From positions 10,664,001 through 10,728,000 of the forward strand of contig NC_087262.1 of assembly GCF_037042905.1 (NCBI RefSeq): 64,000 nt of DNA, given 5' to 3'. Of the stretch, positions 12,914-26,207 are shown piece by piece. The stretch's first letter is position 1. Every line of letters begins with the position of its first letter. The translations under genes and the position numbers were made by a program. The notes under the pieces were generated by a model. It ran no database searches. It had not been told where the DNA came from and saw only the letters and a list, made by a program, of their open reading frames with translations. The DNA comes from Lytechinus pictus. Its lineage: Eukaryota.

Positions 12914-15900
12914 TGTTGCACCCACAAATGTAATAACGCCCACAAATGTAATAACGCCCACAAATGTAAAACACTTTACCCACAAATGTAATAACGCCCA
13001 CAAATGTAATAACACTTTACCCACAAATGTAATAATTTTTGATCGCCCACAAATGTAATAATGACTTTACCCACAAATGTAATAAATTTGAAGGGATTTT
13101 TGGCGAATCCGTTCTAAACTGAAATCCTATAGTAATGCGTTCATATAGCACAAAAGTGTAAAGTCTTTTTTCCAGACCCGATTAATTCAAAAATTATAAT
13201 ATGATTTAAAGTCTTTTTTTCCAGACCTGGTTGTTTCAAAAATTATAATATAAGTCCAAAGTCTTTTTTTCCAGACACGGTTATCTAAAAAAAAAATAAT
13301 AAATCCAAACTAGGATACGATAATGATATTCCAGTGGAATGAAAATGAGAATCGAGCTTAGTCTTTTCTCCAGACCCAGTTAATTAAAACTGATGGAATT
13401 AATGTCTTTGTTGTTGTTTGAACTTACACGGTGCGCTTTGTGAATATATGCGCTAAGAGTAAATTGAGAATCAAGCGTAGTCTTTCTCCACACCCGGTTA
13501 CTTAAAACTAAAAACTACATCCTTATAGTAATGCGTTCATATAGCACAAAAGTGCAAAGTCTTTTTTCCAGACCTGGTTAATTAAATATTTATGATATAA
13601 GTCTAAATTAAGTCTTTTTTCAAGACCCGGTTGTTTAAAAAATTATAATGTAAGTCCAAAGTCTTTTTCCAGACCCGGTTGTTTCAAACATTACAACATA
13701 AGTCCAAAGTCTTTTTTCCAGACCCAGTTATTTCAAAAATTGTAATATAAGTCCAAACTAAGATACCATAATGATATTCCAGTGGAATAAGAATAAAAAT
13801 CGAGCTTAGTCTTTTCTCCAAACCCTGTTATTCGAAAATTATAAATAACAATATAACAACAACAAAAACAGTATAAAGACCCCATAATCCTATTAATGCT
13901 GGATAACATGGACATATAGCATAGTCTTTCAGCCAGACCCAGTTTTTTTTTTAAATAACGCTAACAGTAATAATAAGAAAATTCCAAATCTAAGACCAAA
14001 CAATCCTTCAACCTAAGAACCTGTCTTAAAAAGAGGTTTAGAGCATTGTCTTTATTCCAGACCTAATCATTAACAAAATTACCCCAAAAAAATCTTCTAA
14101 CGTAAGACTATATCATATTCTTATTCTTCTGGAATAACACGAGTTTTAAAACGTACTCTTTTCACCAGACCCGGTTATTTAAAAAAAATGAATTAAAAAA
14201 ACTTAAACAGTTCAAATCTAAGACCAATCTTCAAAAGTTACACCCTTACTGGGTGTAACTGGGTGTAAAAATATGTATTTACCCCGCACACAGTTTTTTT
14301 TTTAAATAATACTAAGACCCTTACAAAACATTGTAATAATGCATGGGTAAAGCAAACATCCTTTCTCCAGACTTGGTTATTATTTGAAGAAAAAAAAAAG
14401 TTTTTACAAATATTCTAAAATGAATACCCAATAATCTAATTACTGTGGAATAACATGAAGATCGATTGTAGACTTTCCTCCAGACACAGTTATTTCAAGA
14501 ATAAAAAAGCAATAAAACCCATCCCCAACAACGAATCTATAAGAACAAACAATCCTCCAAATTAAGACCATGTAGAAAAGCACATGTTTAGAGCGTTGTC
14601 TTTATTCCAGACCCAGTCATTTAAAAAATAATTCAAACAGTCTTAAAAACACAAGACTTTGTCATATTCTTATTCCTGTGGAATAACACGAGTATTATGC
14701 ATAGTCTTTCGTCTAGACCCGGTTATTTAAAAAACAAAGAAATATTGAGAAAAAAAACTAAGACCAAATTTCAAAATTAAGCCCAGTTAAAATGCTTGGG
14801 TTTAGAGTGTTGTCTGTACCCCACATCCAGTTTTCTGAAAAAATACAAATTAAGCGAAACTTTAATCTTAAGACTTAACCCCAGCATCTTCTAAACTATT
14901 AAAACCCTGTGATAAAGCATACCACAAAAACGACAAATTAATCATAGGCGTAAATGTTCATATCTGAATGATACGCACCTTAAAACCCAAGATAACAATA
15001 ACAACGTTATTCTACATCAATGATATTGTGGGGTCTTTGTTGATATAGTTTTTTTTTATTGTTTCTTATTATTTCCTATTTTGAAATAACTAAGTCTGGA
15101 GCAAAGACTACACCATAGGTCTTTGTTTTGTTGTTTTAGTTTTGACTTATATTATAATTTTTAAAGCAACCGGATCTGGAAAAAAGACTTTGAAATTATA
15201 TTATAATTTTTGAAACAACCGGGTCTGGAAAAAAGACTTTGAACTTACAGTATAATTTTTTAAACAACCGGGTCTGGAAAAAAGACATTGGACTTATAAT
15301 AATTTTTGAATTAACCGGGTCTGAAAAAAAGACTTTGCACATTTGTGCTTTACGAACACATTACTATAGGGTTTTAGTTTTAGTTACCGGGTCTGGAGAA
15401 AAGACTATGCTTGATTCTCAATTTACCCTTAGCGCATATATTCACAATATGCGCCGTATTTAAGTGAAAACAACAACAAAGACACTAATTCCACCAGTTT
15501 TACTTAACTGGGTCTGGAAAAAGACTAAGCTCGATTCTCATTTTTATTCCACTGGAATATCATTATCATATCTTAGTTTGGACTTATATTATAATTTTTG
15601 AAATAACCGGGTCTGGAAAAAAGACTTTGGACTTATATTATATTATAATTTTTTTTAACAACCGGGTCTGGAAAAAAGACTTTGAACTTATATTATAATT
15701 TTTGAAACAACCGGGTCTGGAAAAAGACTTTGGACTTATACTATAATTTTTTAAACAACCAGGTCTGGAAAAAAGACTTTGAACTTATATTATAATTTTT
15801 TTAACAACTGGGTCTGGAAAAATAGACTTTGGACTTATATTATAATTTTTTAAACAACTTGGTCTGGAAAAAAGACTTTGAACTTATATTATAATTATTG

Positions 15901-16207
15901 AAACAACCGGGTCTGGAAGAAAAGACTTTGGATTATATTATACTTTCTTTATTAACCGGGTCTGGAGATAAAGACTTTGCACTTTTGTGCTATATGAGCG
16001 TATTACTATAGGATTTCAGTTTAGAACGGATTCGCCAAAAATCCCTTCAAATTTATTACATTTGTGGGTAAAGTCATTATTACATTTGTGGGCGATCAAA
16101 ATTATTACATTTGTGGGTAAAGTGTTATTACATTTGTGGGTAAAGTGTTATTACATTTGTGGGCGTTATTACATTTGTGGGCGATTATTACATTTGTGGG
16201 TGTAACA
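12914..16207. mobile_element. 3.3-kb foldback-type non-autonomous DNA transposon with ~1-kb modular inverted arms
   Basis: Termini TGTTGCACCCAC / GTGGGTGTAACA. Outer tandem (cccacaaatgtaata) units and inner ~50-bp (agtcttttttccagacccggtt) units are mirrored at both ends. Inserted in a G run; no coding capacity. Confidence 0.9.
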
Positions 16208-16587
16208 GGGGGGGGGGGACACAGGTATGATGAATGCCGTTATTTCTTTTGTCTTATGTTATTACATGAAATTATACATTTCATACAATGTATTTAAAAC
16301 ATCTCTATTTGTATTGAAAAACAGTTTCAAAAATGATTATCTTACACAGTTATTACAGTAAATCAGAAGTCAATCCTATTTTTTTCAGTCTTAGAGGGAA
16401 AAATTGATTTTATAAATCCATATAATGATATAAAAAGTAGGGATATATGACATAACCAGCTATCGCATTGGATATTTATGAGGGCGTGGTTCATCAAAAA
16501 TAATGCAAGCGTTTGAAAGGTCATAACTTGATTAAATATTTCTTGTTCAAATTTGATGAAATTTTCAGTGTTTTGTATCTGTATTAG

Positions 16588-16872
16588 GCCTGTGAGAACA
16601 CAATATCTCACAGTGTGATCACAGTGTTTAGTTGACTATGTGAAAATATTAGTCACACTGTTATAATGTTAAAATTCAACAGTGTGAAGATATTTTCACA
16701 CCACACTGGAGACCTCGACTGTTCACATCGTGTTTACATGGTCGACTATGTGAACATGACTGTGGACACACTGCTGAAATTCTCTTAAATGTGAAGGTGA
16801 TTTCACATTGTGTTCCACACTGTGAACATACTGTGGAACACACTGTGGGACACTGCGTTCTTTCCAGTAGGG
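16588..16872. mobile_element. Degenerate MITE with cacagtgtg/cacactgtg subrepeats
   Basis: Mirror-image subrepeats in the two halves. Confidence 0.45.
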
Positions 16873-17174
16873 AGAGTACCCCTTTTAAATACCTCAGTCA
16901 CACTGGCCAAACCGAACCCAGATTACCAATGCCACACCAATGGTCCGTTTACAGTAGGTTACGTCGATGTGACTGTGGCCGCGTAGCAAGTCCACGATCT
17001 ATCTAACAAGGTGTTTTAGCTCCACTGCGCATGACGGATTCAAGAACATAGAAAATGTATTGTCGATCGAAAATTGTTGTGACGAAACTGCAGTTTCGTC
17101 ACAGACTCTGGACAAACGACATATTTGCCCTCTTCGTCAGCTCCGAACGCTTCTGTTTCAATTCATCGATATGT

Positions 17175-17540
17175 GGAGAAGCCTAGGTGTAGTGGTTCTG
17201 ACTCTCGCCTTGTAAACAGAGGGTCGTGTGTTCGAATCCCACCGCTGTCTGGCGTCCTTTGGCAAGGCGTTAATCCACACTTTGCCACTCCCGACCCAGG
17301 TGCTGAATGGGTACCCGGTAGAATGTGAAAGTCATTGCAGCTTGTCCAGTACTGTGTGCGCCTCACTGGCGACTGACTGGAATACTCCCCAGGGAGTGGA
17401 GGATGCGTACACATTGTGTGCGGGAATGACTGATTGAATCCGACGACCAGGGTAATAATACATCTTTAAAGCGCTTAGACACGCCGTTCCGATGTATTAA
17501 GCTAATTATAAAGCGCTATAGAAAATCGGAATATTATTAT
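17175..17540 (+). mobile_element. Full-length tRNA-derived SINE
   Basis: A box (gtgtagtgg), B box (gttcgaatccc), central ttggcaaggc...acccaggtg..aatgggtacc domain, and aagcgctata...(tat)n tail. It interrupts an older MITE just 3' of GST2. Confidence 0.85.
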
Positions 17541-17700
17541 TTTTCGTAAAAGACCTCCTAGCTCTTTGTTTGTTTGTTTGATTTATTTTTTTGGTCATTT
17601 GAAGGGCATTTTCAATACATTTACTGTATTCTCATCCCGTCTTGCGTGGACTGGTGGAAAAGCGAAAACTGCCTGTTGTGGCATAACAAGTCCACAATAT

Positions 17701-20700
17701 CTAATAATCTGCGGCGGGCCGCGATGCAATGTAAGATTTGAGTGGGCCCTCCTCTTTGAAATACTTATAGAAGGCTCGCAGATCAGGGTAATCATCAAGG
17801 ACGCCCTCTATACCTCGAGCGCTGTCAGTAAACATTTCGAGCATGGTGAAGACGTGGATGTCGGCGAGTGAGATCTGTCAACATAAAAAGTCACTTTAAA
17901 TGCATAAGGCGAGTTTCCATACCGTATCCCCCCTAAAACCCCAACAGCCCCTGGTTGTTAAACATTTATTAATTCATTCATTTATTTCTGCTTTCGTTCG
18001 GGAGCCAGGGCAGTCTCTTCAGTAAGCCTAATGCTAGAAAGCGCTGTATGTATAACAATCATGATACATTGTATATGATCAGTGAAAGTAATCCGAATGA
18101 ATTCAGTTGAAAACAACATGCTTTGTGAGAGAAATGATGTTGGAAATCAAATCTTTATGAACACGTTGGTAACAAATTATATATGGGCGGGTCGTGGTCT
18201 AGTGGTTCTGACTCTTGCCTTTCAAACAGAAGGTCTTGGGTCCGAATCCAAGCTATGGCTTGTTTTCCTTCAGCAAAAAATGTATCGACACTGTGCTGCA
18301 CTCAATACTCCATCAAAATAAAAAGAAGTCGATAGTGATGATAATAATGGAATGAAATGAATGAAGCATAGCACAATAAACCAAAAACAGAGAGGAATGT
18401 TATTATTTATTTTTTTTATTGCATTACCTTGTTTCCTACAAAATTCTTCCCTCCTGCCTTTTTTATAAGTTGGTCAAGGTAAGAAATGTAGGGCTTGGAT
18501 GTCTTTTCCGCAAATTCTTTCTTCAGCCTAGCCTGAAAAATAGAAATTTAAAAAGCAAAATAATCTAAATATCATGAAGCGACGACCGGAGTGACAATAT
18601 ATATAGATCCGATTTTTGGGAAAGTTGTAATTGCATTTGATATGAACACTCCGACCTGTAAAATCTTAGGTCTAAATAAAAAATACTGAATAGTGGTATG
18701 AATACTACCATCGGAAATTTTAGGCTACTGCGAGTCTCTCTGTAAGAAAAAAAGTGAAGTAAAATCAAAATCTGAGTGACGCGATAACACTTATTCCAAA
18801 CTTCTTGCATTAGTTACATAAGATAATTTCATTTTTTAACTTTGATATTTAATGTCAAATGTGATATGTTAAAAAAATAGGTTGATGTCGAATGTTTAAG
18901 ACATTGCTCTGATAAGATAAGCGCATAAACTGGATGAAATAACTACCGTATTCATGGTTATGGATAAGAGCTAACTACAGTCACATCATCGAAACCGGCT
19001 CCACCAATCGGATGTCATTTGAAATGATCAATTGATTCGGTCGATCCGGGCCCCGTCTTACAAAGAGTTACGATTCATAAATCAATCTCACCAGTATAGA
19101 AATCCATCCATACCATATTTTATTCTACAGGAAATCTGCACAATCTCCTATATACTAATAAACAAAAAGAATCACATCGAATTTTTGAAGATAATGATGA
19201 ATGTACGCATATTCGTAATGTGTGGAAAATATTTCGAACAAACTTGCATTTTAGCTGTTGATGTTGCTGGCCGCCCATATTTGTGATTGATCGGATCAAT
19301 CGGCGCAACTCTCTGTAAGACAGGGCCTCGGAGTCCAGGGGGGGGGGGGGCGGTTGTGGCATTAAAGTGGATCTAATTGTGGCAAGTATTCTGAAATCAG
19401 GTTTAATTTAAACTCTGGTCTAAAGTTGTGGCTTAACTATGGATGGCCAACCGTGACACAAATCTATAGCAGTACAAGTTCGATTTTGCAGCTCATTTAA
19501 CAATGATATCATTCATAACCGTCATAAAACAATACCTAAAATTGTCTTTTTTTCGCATGATGAAAGACCAAAGAAAACATGCGAAATATACAATGTACAC
19601 AGAGTTTTGACGCTTTCGGCTTTCCATAGCACCAAGTTGGACTATGGCCTAAGTTAGACCGGACTTCAAATGCTAGGTCCTATACCATTACCACATACCA
19701 TCTCATCCTCAGGAGGGTGGTGTGCATAGATGAGAGTAGCCTTTAGCTCGAGGTCGTTCATGGTTTCGAGGACGATATCAATCTCAGTTCGTTCGAAGTC
19801 GTTTGCTCCATAAAGATCTAAAGCAAGGCAGTATGTCGACAATTAGACTAATGCGGACATTGTAAAAAAAAATGGAGATTTTGCAGGAAAAAAATACAGG
19901 CTCATTTTGTAAATTGTTATGACAGGAATTTTTCTGCAATGTAAAACAGAAGATATATTTTCGAAAAAGGGGAAATTCATACAGGAAATTTATAAGGCTT
20001 CATATCTCATAAACAAAGTTTCTGTAATTTTACACATTGTAAGAATAAATGTGTTCTCGAGACTCTGCTGCAGGAACTTAATTCTCCGTTTTTAAGAGAA
20101 ATTTTTGATATGGATGTAACTCACTTTTAGACTGTTATGGACAAATGGAATTACACTGAATTTGAACTAAAACTGACAATCAATTAGACTGCATTATAAT
20201 GCAGATTAGAATTCGATTACATTGTAGATGATGACTGATGTGTAAACATCTTGGCTTTGTTGAAAAGAAATGTTATCGACCACGTGATAGGATTTTTTTT
20301 TTAAATATATGATGAAATAAAAATGATTGATAGAAATCAAAGTTACTGCAGTGTTGAGAGACGAGTTGTTGAGAGATGTAGAGAGATGAGTAGGTTGGGA
20401 GAAAGTCAGAGAAATGTGTTCACTTCTGAGTGAACATTTCCTCCCATTTTTAGCATGGTAAGAGAAGGGGGGGGGTGATTGAAAAAAAAGTATGATAAAA
20501 GTTCAATGAGAGCGTCATTGTAAAGCAACGAGGTAGAGAAAGAGACGCAGAGAGAGAGAGGGGGGAGTGGTAGACAGGCATATAACATATGGAACTCGCT
20601 TACCAAACTTTCTGGCTAGGTACCTATTAATGGCTTTACTCTGTGGTATCACCCTGTCGTCCACCATCAAAACGGGAGCTTGTCCGATGGGAAAGGCTGC

Positions 20701-22575
20701 GAGAATAAATCAAGCAAATTGATATGACTTAACATAATAGTAGTACCGACCTGACCAAGGGCGGATCCAGGATTTTCCAAAAGGGGGGCACATTTTCCAG
20801 AGAAAAAAATTGACAAGCAAAAAAAAAAAAAAAAAAAAACCCTAAGGTCTTCACTTTCAAAAGGGGGCTCACTTGTGTTTTAGCGGCAGGTTTATATTTA
20901 CAAATTTTAATTGTGCCTCTCAAAAGGTGGGAGGGGCACGGGCAGGCTGTGACCCCCCCCCCCCCCAGATCGGCCAGTGGACCTGACCATTATTTCTAGT
21001 CATATCTAAAAAAAATTTAAAGCTTGTCCAATGGGGGGAAATGGGAAAATAAACGGATTAATGACTAGTTTATTCTCCTTATTGCCACACTTTTAAAAAT
21101 ATTCAAAATGTAAAAGAAATATATATTTTTGAATATTATTTCAAAATGACTAGTATAGTAGTCAGAAGGTTGAAAATTTCTTATCATTTTGTATTGTCAG
21201 AAATGACCAAGTGCTAGTCAATTTTTAATAGAAGAACAAATGTGACTAACATAATAGTAACCCCTAGTCAGATATGAGTAAGTTCTAGTCAAATAGTCAA
21301 ATCTGAAAAGAAAATATTCAAATATGACTTACATAAAAGTAACACTTAGCTGACTCTAGTCCCTTCAACTCGTCATATTTAACAAGTGGTTTGTATAGAG
21401 TGCACAGTTTTGAGAGCGAAAATAAAAGGAAAATTGAAAAAGAAACAATTCGCCCTCATCTCTCCAGTGATCCCTATATAATTTCAGCAAAAAAGGGCAC
21501 CAAACAAGGAATTATCTGAAGGGTTCAAAATTTCTGCACATAAAATTTCAAAGACACCCAAGATGACTCTCATTTGCATGGTACTTTAGGCATGTCACTT
21601 TTAAGAAAACAAATTGAAAATCTCAAAATACCGAGACCATTGTTTGGAGGGGGAGTGCGATTTTTCTGATATTTGTAATGCATAATCAGGATAATTTCAT
21701 TTCTCTCTTGTACGGTCAACTTTAAGATGATGAAGAAATGGGTAAGGAGGACATAGTCCCACGTGTACCGCATCAGTGTTTTAAAAAGTAGCGTTGCCAT
21801 TGACTATTTTATACTATTCGATCTCTGATAACAAATATTTGAATATCATGTTTACTCACTGTGTATTAACAATATGTACCAAGACACAGGTAAATAAACG
21901 ACTGTATAGATCAAGTTACTTTACAGAATGTACTTTGGACCGACTTCAGGTGAAAAAAAATCACTGTATGAACGTGAGAGACGCCCCCATCCCGGGTCCC
22001 TACTCCTACCAACAATAATACAAATATGATAATGATAATAATGATAAAATCGGGATTTTACAAGGGCATTGCCTACAACCTTTTGGAAATTTTGCAAAAT
22101 AGATGACAATATAATTGATTGTTACACGAAGCATAATTTATGAAAGGACTCGACTGTGAATGTCTAAATCAAGAATCAGGTCATGCAGGTTGTCGTCCCT
22201 TTGAACGTACGTCTTACACTAGAAAGAGGGAATACTCCCATTAAACGGTCAGCTAGGGCCACTCGATCCCCCGGGGCAGTTCAGGTGATCACAAAATAAA
22301 TATAAAAAGAAGAAAAAAGGGGAAAGACTGAAACCTGAAGGTTAGTTCATTAGTTACGTTAAAAAACCCTAGCCATCACAAGCAATCATTACGAATCAAT
22401 AGCTGGGATCAATACATTGTAACTTTAACTCACTTTCCGTGTCGGGCTTCCGCTGTGGCCATTCGGCGACTTCGAAACGCTCATCGACGAACTCGCAACC
22501 ACCCAGGGCAAGCAACATGCGGGCCGTCTCGGCGCGACCACGAACATTAAAGTAGATCAATTTATAACTGGGCAT
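17701..22575 (-). CDS. Sigma-class glutathione S-transferase, paralog 2 (5 exons, 210 aa)
   Basis: Exons 22575-22434, 20696-20604, 19817-19699, 18532-18428, 17874-17701; GT-AG; 633 nt. MPSYKLIYFNVRGRAETARML...EWPQRK...FPIGQAPVL...PQSKAINRYLARKF...SLADIHVF...YIASRPAADY*. Closest to paralog 1 (exons 4-5, 5'UTR and intron patches are alignable). Confidence 0.95.
18185..18305 (+). mobile_element. Truncated tRNA-derived SINE in GST2 intron 4
   Basis: ggtctagtggttctgactcttgcc...gtccgaatcc head followed by a SINE body fragment. Confidence 0.65.
19049..19327. mobile_element. MITE in GST2 intron 3
   Basis: TIRs ggccccgtcttacaaagagtt / aactctctgtaagacagggcc. Confidence 0.65.
20756..20979. mobile_element. 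hAT-like MITE, 8-bp TSD
   Basis: TSD GACCTGAC at 20748-20755 and 20980-20987; CA...TG termini. Confidence 0.8.
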
Positions 22576-22685
22576 GATGATGTCGATGGCAGTATCTTAT
22601 GGGCAGAGTAAAATGAGACTTGGATTTCTGCCCGGTTTTCGAGATTCGATTCGTGAGATGTGGGGAGCTGTTCTCTGACGTAAAG

Positions 22686-22692
22686 TTTTATA
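22686..22692 (-). promoter_or_regulatory. Candidate TATA box of GST2
   Basis: TATAAAA on the - strand ~110 nt upstream of the ATG; the paralogous GST1 position has CATAAAA (~10138-10144). Confidence 0.45.
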
Positions 22693-23344
22693 CAAGTCTT
22701 CTCGTGAAAAGCACTGACCACAAAGCTATTACGTAATGATGACCCAACACTGACACCTATGACGCGTGTGTTACAGTACACATTCGACATTGATCTTGGA
22801 CTATGATCAGTCGATTGCCGAAACAATATGAGTATTAATACTAAATTTTGTATTCACGTGGATTGGTTGCAATCGTCTCTGATTCTTTAAAAGGGGAAGT
22901 TATTAACCCTTACATAATGTTCATTGTAACAATAGCAGAAAAAAATATGAAAATTATTGGTGAACATTTAACAAAAAATAGAATTCAGCCAGTTCTAATT
23001 TTATCTGGTGATATCAGAGATGGAGAGAACATGTGTGTGGAGGACCGTAGGGGGTGATCAAAGCCCGGGATCAAAGACCTCCTTGGAGTTTGTGAACTTT
23101 AATTGTCAATAAAATTTATAAGCTCAGTCCTTCAGTCACTATGACTTATACTATCTTAGACGTAAAATGTGTCAATGTATTTGGTCATACTATGGTTGGT
23201 GTTGGTGTTACGCAACAGAAGGAACAGGAAGCTAGTGTGACGAGAGTTCGTAGACAAGAGTCACAGAAACAGAAGTCTACCATGTCTACGGAGGGTTTAA
23301 TTAAGTGCCTGCGAGTTAAGAAGATGGGAAGATGGGTTAAATGA

Positions 23345-23650
23345 CAAGATGACGAGTTGTTGGAACTCGGAAAGTAGACTTGTTCGGGACAAGAAGAGAA
23401 AGATGACGAGTTGTTAAAACTCGGCAAGACGACTTCAAAGTGTTTAGGACGAGAAGCACGGATGACGAGTTGTTGGAACTTGGAAGTAGACTTCTTTGGA
23501 ACAAGAAGAGAAAGATGACGAGTTGTTAAAACTCGGCAAGACGACTTCAAAGTGTTTAGGACGAGAAGCACGGATGACGAGTTGTTGGAACTTGGAAGTA
23601 GACTTCTTTGGAACAAGAAGGCAAGATGACGAGTTGGTGAAACTTGACAA
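23345..23650. repeat. Tandem repeat, ~115-bp unit built from two gatgacgagttgtt-headed subunits
   Basis: gatgacgagttg occurs six times with two alternating spacers. Confidence 0.8.
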
Positions 23651-24551
23651 ACCGGGTAGTGTGGAACTCAAAATGTGAACTTATTGTTTTGTATAGGTGA
23701 CAAGATAGTTGTTAGAAACACTCCTGCTCATCATTTACTCGTACTGCAAGTGCAAGTGATTGATTAATGTAAATTTTGTTGTTTGTTTAGTTCATTTCTG
23801 CAATAAATCTATGTATTAAACTTGCATTTTCGGAGACGGGGAGACAGGCCCCCCCCTAAATTTTTAAAGTTGGTGGACACAATAAGGCCATCCAAAAATA
23901 TTTGTTTGGACATCTTGCATTTCGATTAATTTATTTAATGACAATTGGATCTGCCTTAATCTTTTTCTTCATGTCAAACAATGCTCAAAATGTTCCATTT
24001 CATAAGACGAACGAACAGTGAGCAATGGATTGATATGGCGTGCGATTAGAAACGAAGACGACGGAATATATCGGGTGTTCTTGTACGTTTGTGTCATCGT
24101 GTTGCTTCGTTAAGGGTTCTTTCGAGATCGGCCCCGGACTTTGGCAAAAGCGCGATGAGGGACTATGCGCGACAATAACACACGAACTAAAAAAGAGATG
24201 CGAATTCAAACAGATGACCAACGATTTTTCAATTCGTCGGGAAATTTTTTAATGTTCAAAATTTCCGCGCGAATTCGAATAATCGCAGCTGTTAGTTCAG
24301 GAGGCGTACGAACCCAAACACGAAGGGTAAATATGATTTACTATCAGTTACCATTGAAGACGACTTTTAAAAAAAAATGGCTTTCGCCAGCCATCGCAAG
24401 GCATATTTCAGGCGATTCGGTTAGGTGTGAGGGGGCCTTTAATAACAATATAAAACTTCAAATCGAGCTTTCCGCTCGCATTTGCAAAGTGAAAACTATC
24501 AAAAAATGCGGAGGGGCGATTTTTCATGCCCGTTGATAAAATGCAATACAT

Positions 24552-24558
<7 letters not shown>

Positions 24559-24628
<70 letters not shown>
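24559..24628. repeat. (TA)n microsatellite
   Basis: Perfect TA run. Confidence 0.95.
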
Positions 24629-24632
<4 letters not shown>

Positions 24633-24840
24633 TATAAAAACAATAATCAACATTAAATGAAGATGACGATAATATAACAATGCTACAACCACTACTCCTC
24701 CTCCTACTACACTACTTCTACTACTACTACTACTACTTCTTCCACTACTTCAAGTCTACAACCACTACTACTACTTCTACTTCCGCTATGTCGATATCTA
24801 CTGCTGATGCTACTATACTGCCACTCCATCTACCACTATA

Positions 24841-25826
24841 CAGTGCGTATCAAAAAAAAGTTTACACTTTGAAAAAGCCCTGGAAATTAAAAAATATACA
24901 ACATGTGGGTAATTTTTTCACATATAATCTTGGGTTTGGGTCTCATCTATCCAATGAAAGTAAAAGTTTTGACAGAATGTAACACTTGAGTGAGCACTGT
25001 CCATTTTTGTAAAGCTCGCAGAAATCTGTTTGCGCAGAAGTGCTCGTTTATATGCTGTGTCAAGCGGAAGGGCGAAATCAAACTTACCATGCGAAACATT
25101 TTTCATACATTTCCCTTGCACTTTTAGTCAATTGAAATAAAACGGAAACATTCAAGCAATTTCTAACAATTTTGCAACCCAAATTAAAATTTCAACACTT
25201 AGTAAACACAACCTTTACCTTTTTGTGCCAGCTGGATCTGAGGACATAACTGAATCTGAACAAAAGTTTATATCAGACATCTCTAGCATTTTTTCACCAA
25301 GTTTTTATCACTTAAAGTGGGTTTACCTTTCATTTTTCATTTAATACTTGTTTCTCCACACTTTTCCCAAGCTTGACAATGATTAACAAAATGAAAATCA
25401 AGCCTAAGCCATTTTATGTAAATCACACCTCGGTGTAAAGCAAATATCGTCACGATGGCCTTGGTGTGTGGGGGAGTGGGGTGGGGCGCAATGCACTCCC
25501 CGAAGTGGTTTGGGCAAGGAAACAAGTTAAAAAAAGGTAAAGGATATTTTCAAATCAATTTTACTAGCTAAATTCCACATGCTATTCATGATTAAGGTCT
25601 AGTTTTATTCGCATAACTATTTCAAAGTTCTGCGCAAATCATTTTTCACTAACTTTTCAAAAGTAAGTGGTGCTCACTCAAGCGGAAATATTTTTCGACA
25701 GTTATAACGTCATTTGCTTAAATGGATCTGTACCTATGTTAAAATGTGGAAAAATCTTCAGGATATTACAAATGTATAATTTTACAGGATTGTTTCTAAG
25801 TGTAACCTTTTTTTTGATACGCACTG
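24841..25826. mobile_element. Tc1/mariner-like non-autonomous element
   Basis: TA TSD; TIR cagtgcgtatcaaaaaaaag / cttttttttgatacgcactg. Confidence 0.85.
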
Positions 25827-26207
25827 TATAGGCCTACGACTCACCGCCGCCGCCACCACCATCACCACCATGACTATACCAATTCTACTATTACTATTGC
25901 ACCTTTTCCTCTTGNNNNNNNNNNNNNNNNNNNNNNNNNNNNNNNNNNNNNNNNNNNNNNNNNNNNNNNNNNNNNNNNNNNNNNNNNNNNNNNNNNNNNN
26001 NNNNNNNNNNNNNNNNNNNNNNNNNNNNNNNNNNNNNNNNNNNNNNNNNNNNNNNNNNNNNNNNNNNNNNNNNNNNNNNNNNNNNNNNNNNNNNNNNNNN
26101 NNNNNTCCACCACTATTCACTACATCTACTGCTGCTGCTACTACCACTTTTGACTTCCATGCACGCTACTACTACATTATTGAATCTAATCCTACTCGAC
26201 TTTTACC

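Noticed and set aside
17175-17250. tRNA genes at 17175, 18185, 33288 and B-box relics at ~52930 and ~59843
   Set aside because: A/B boxes are followed by SINE bodies, with no clean cloverleaf or acceptor stem.
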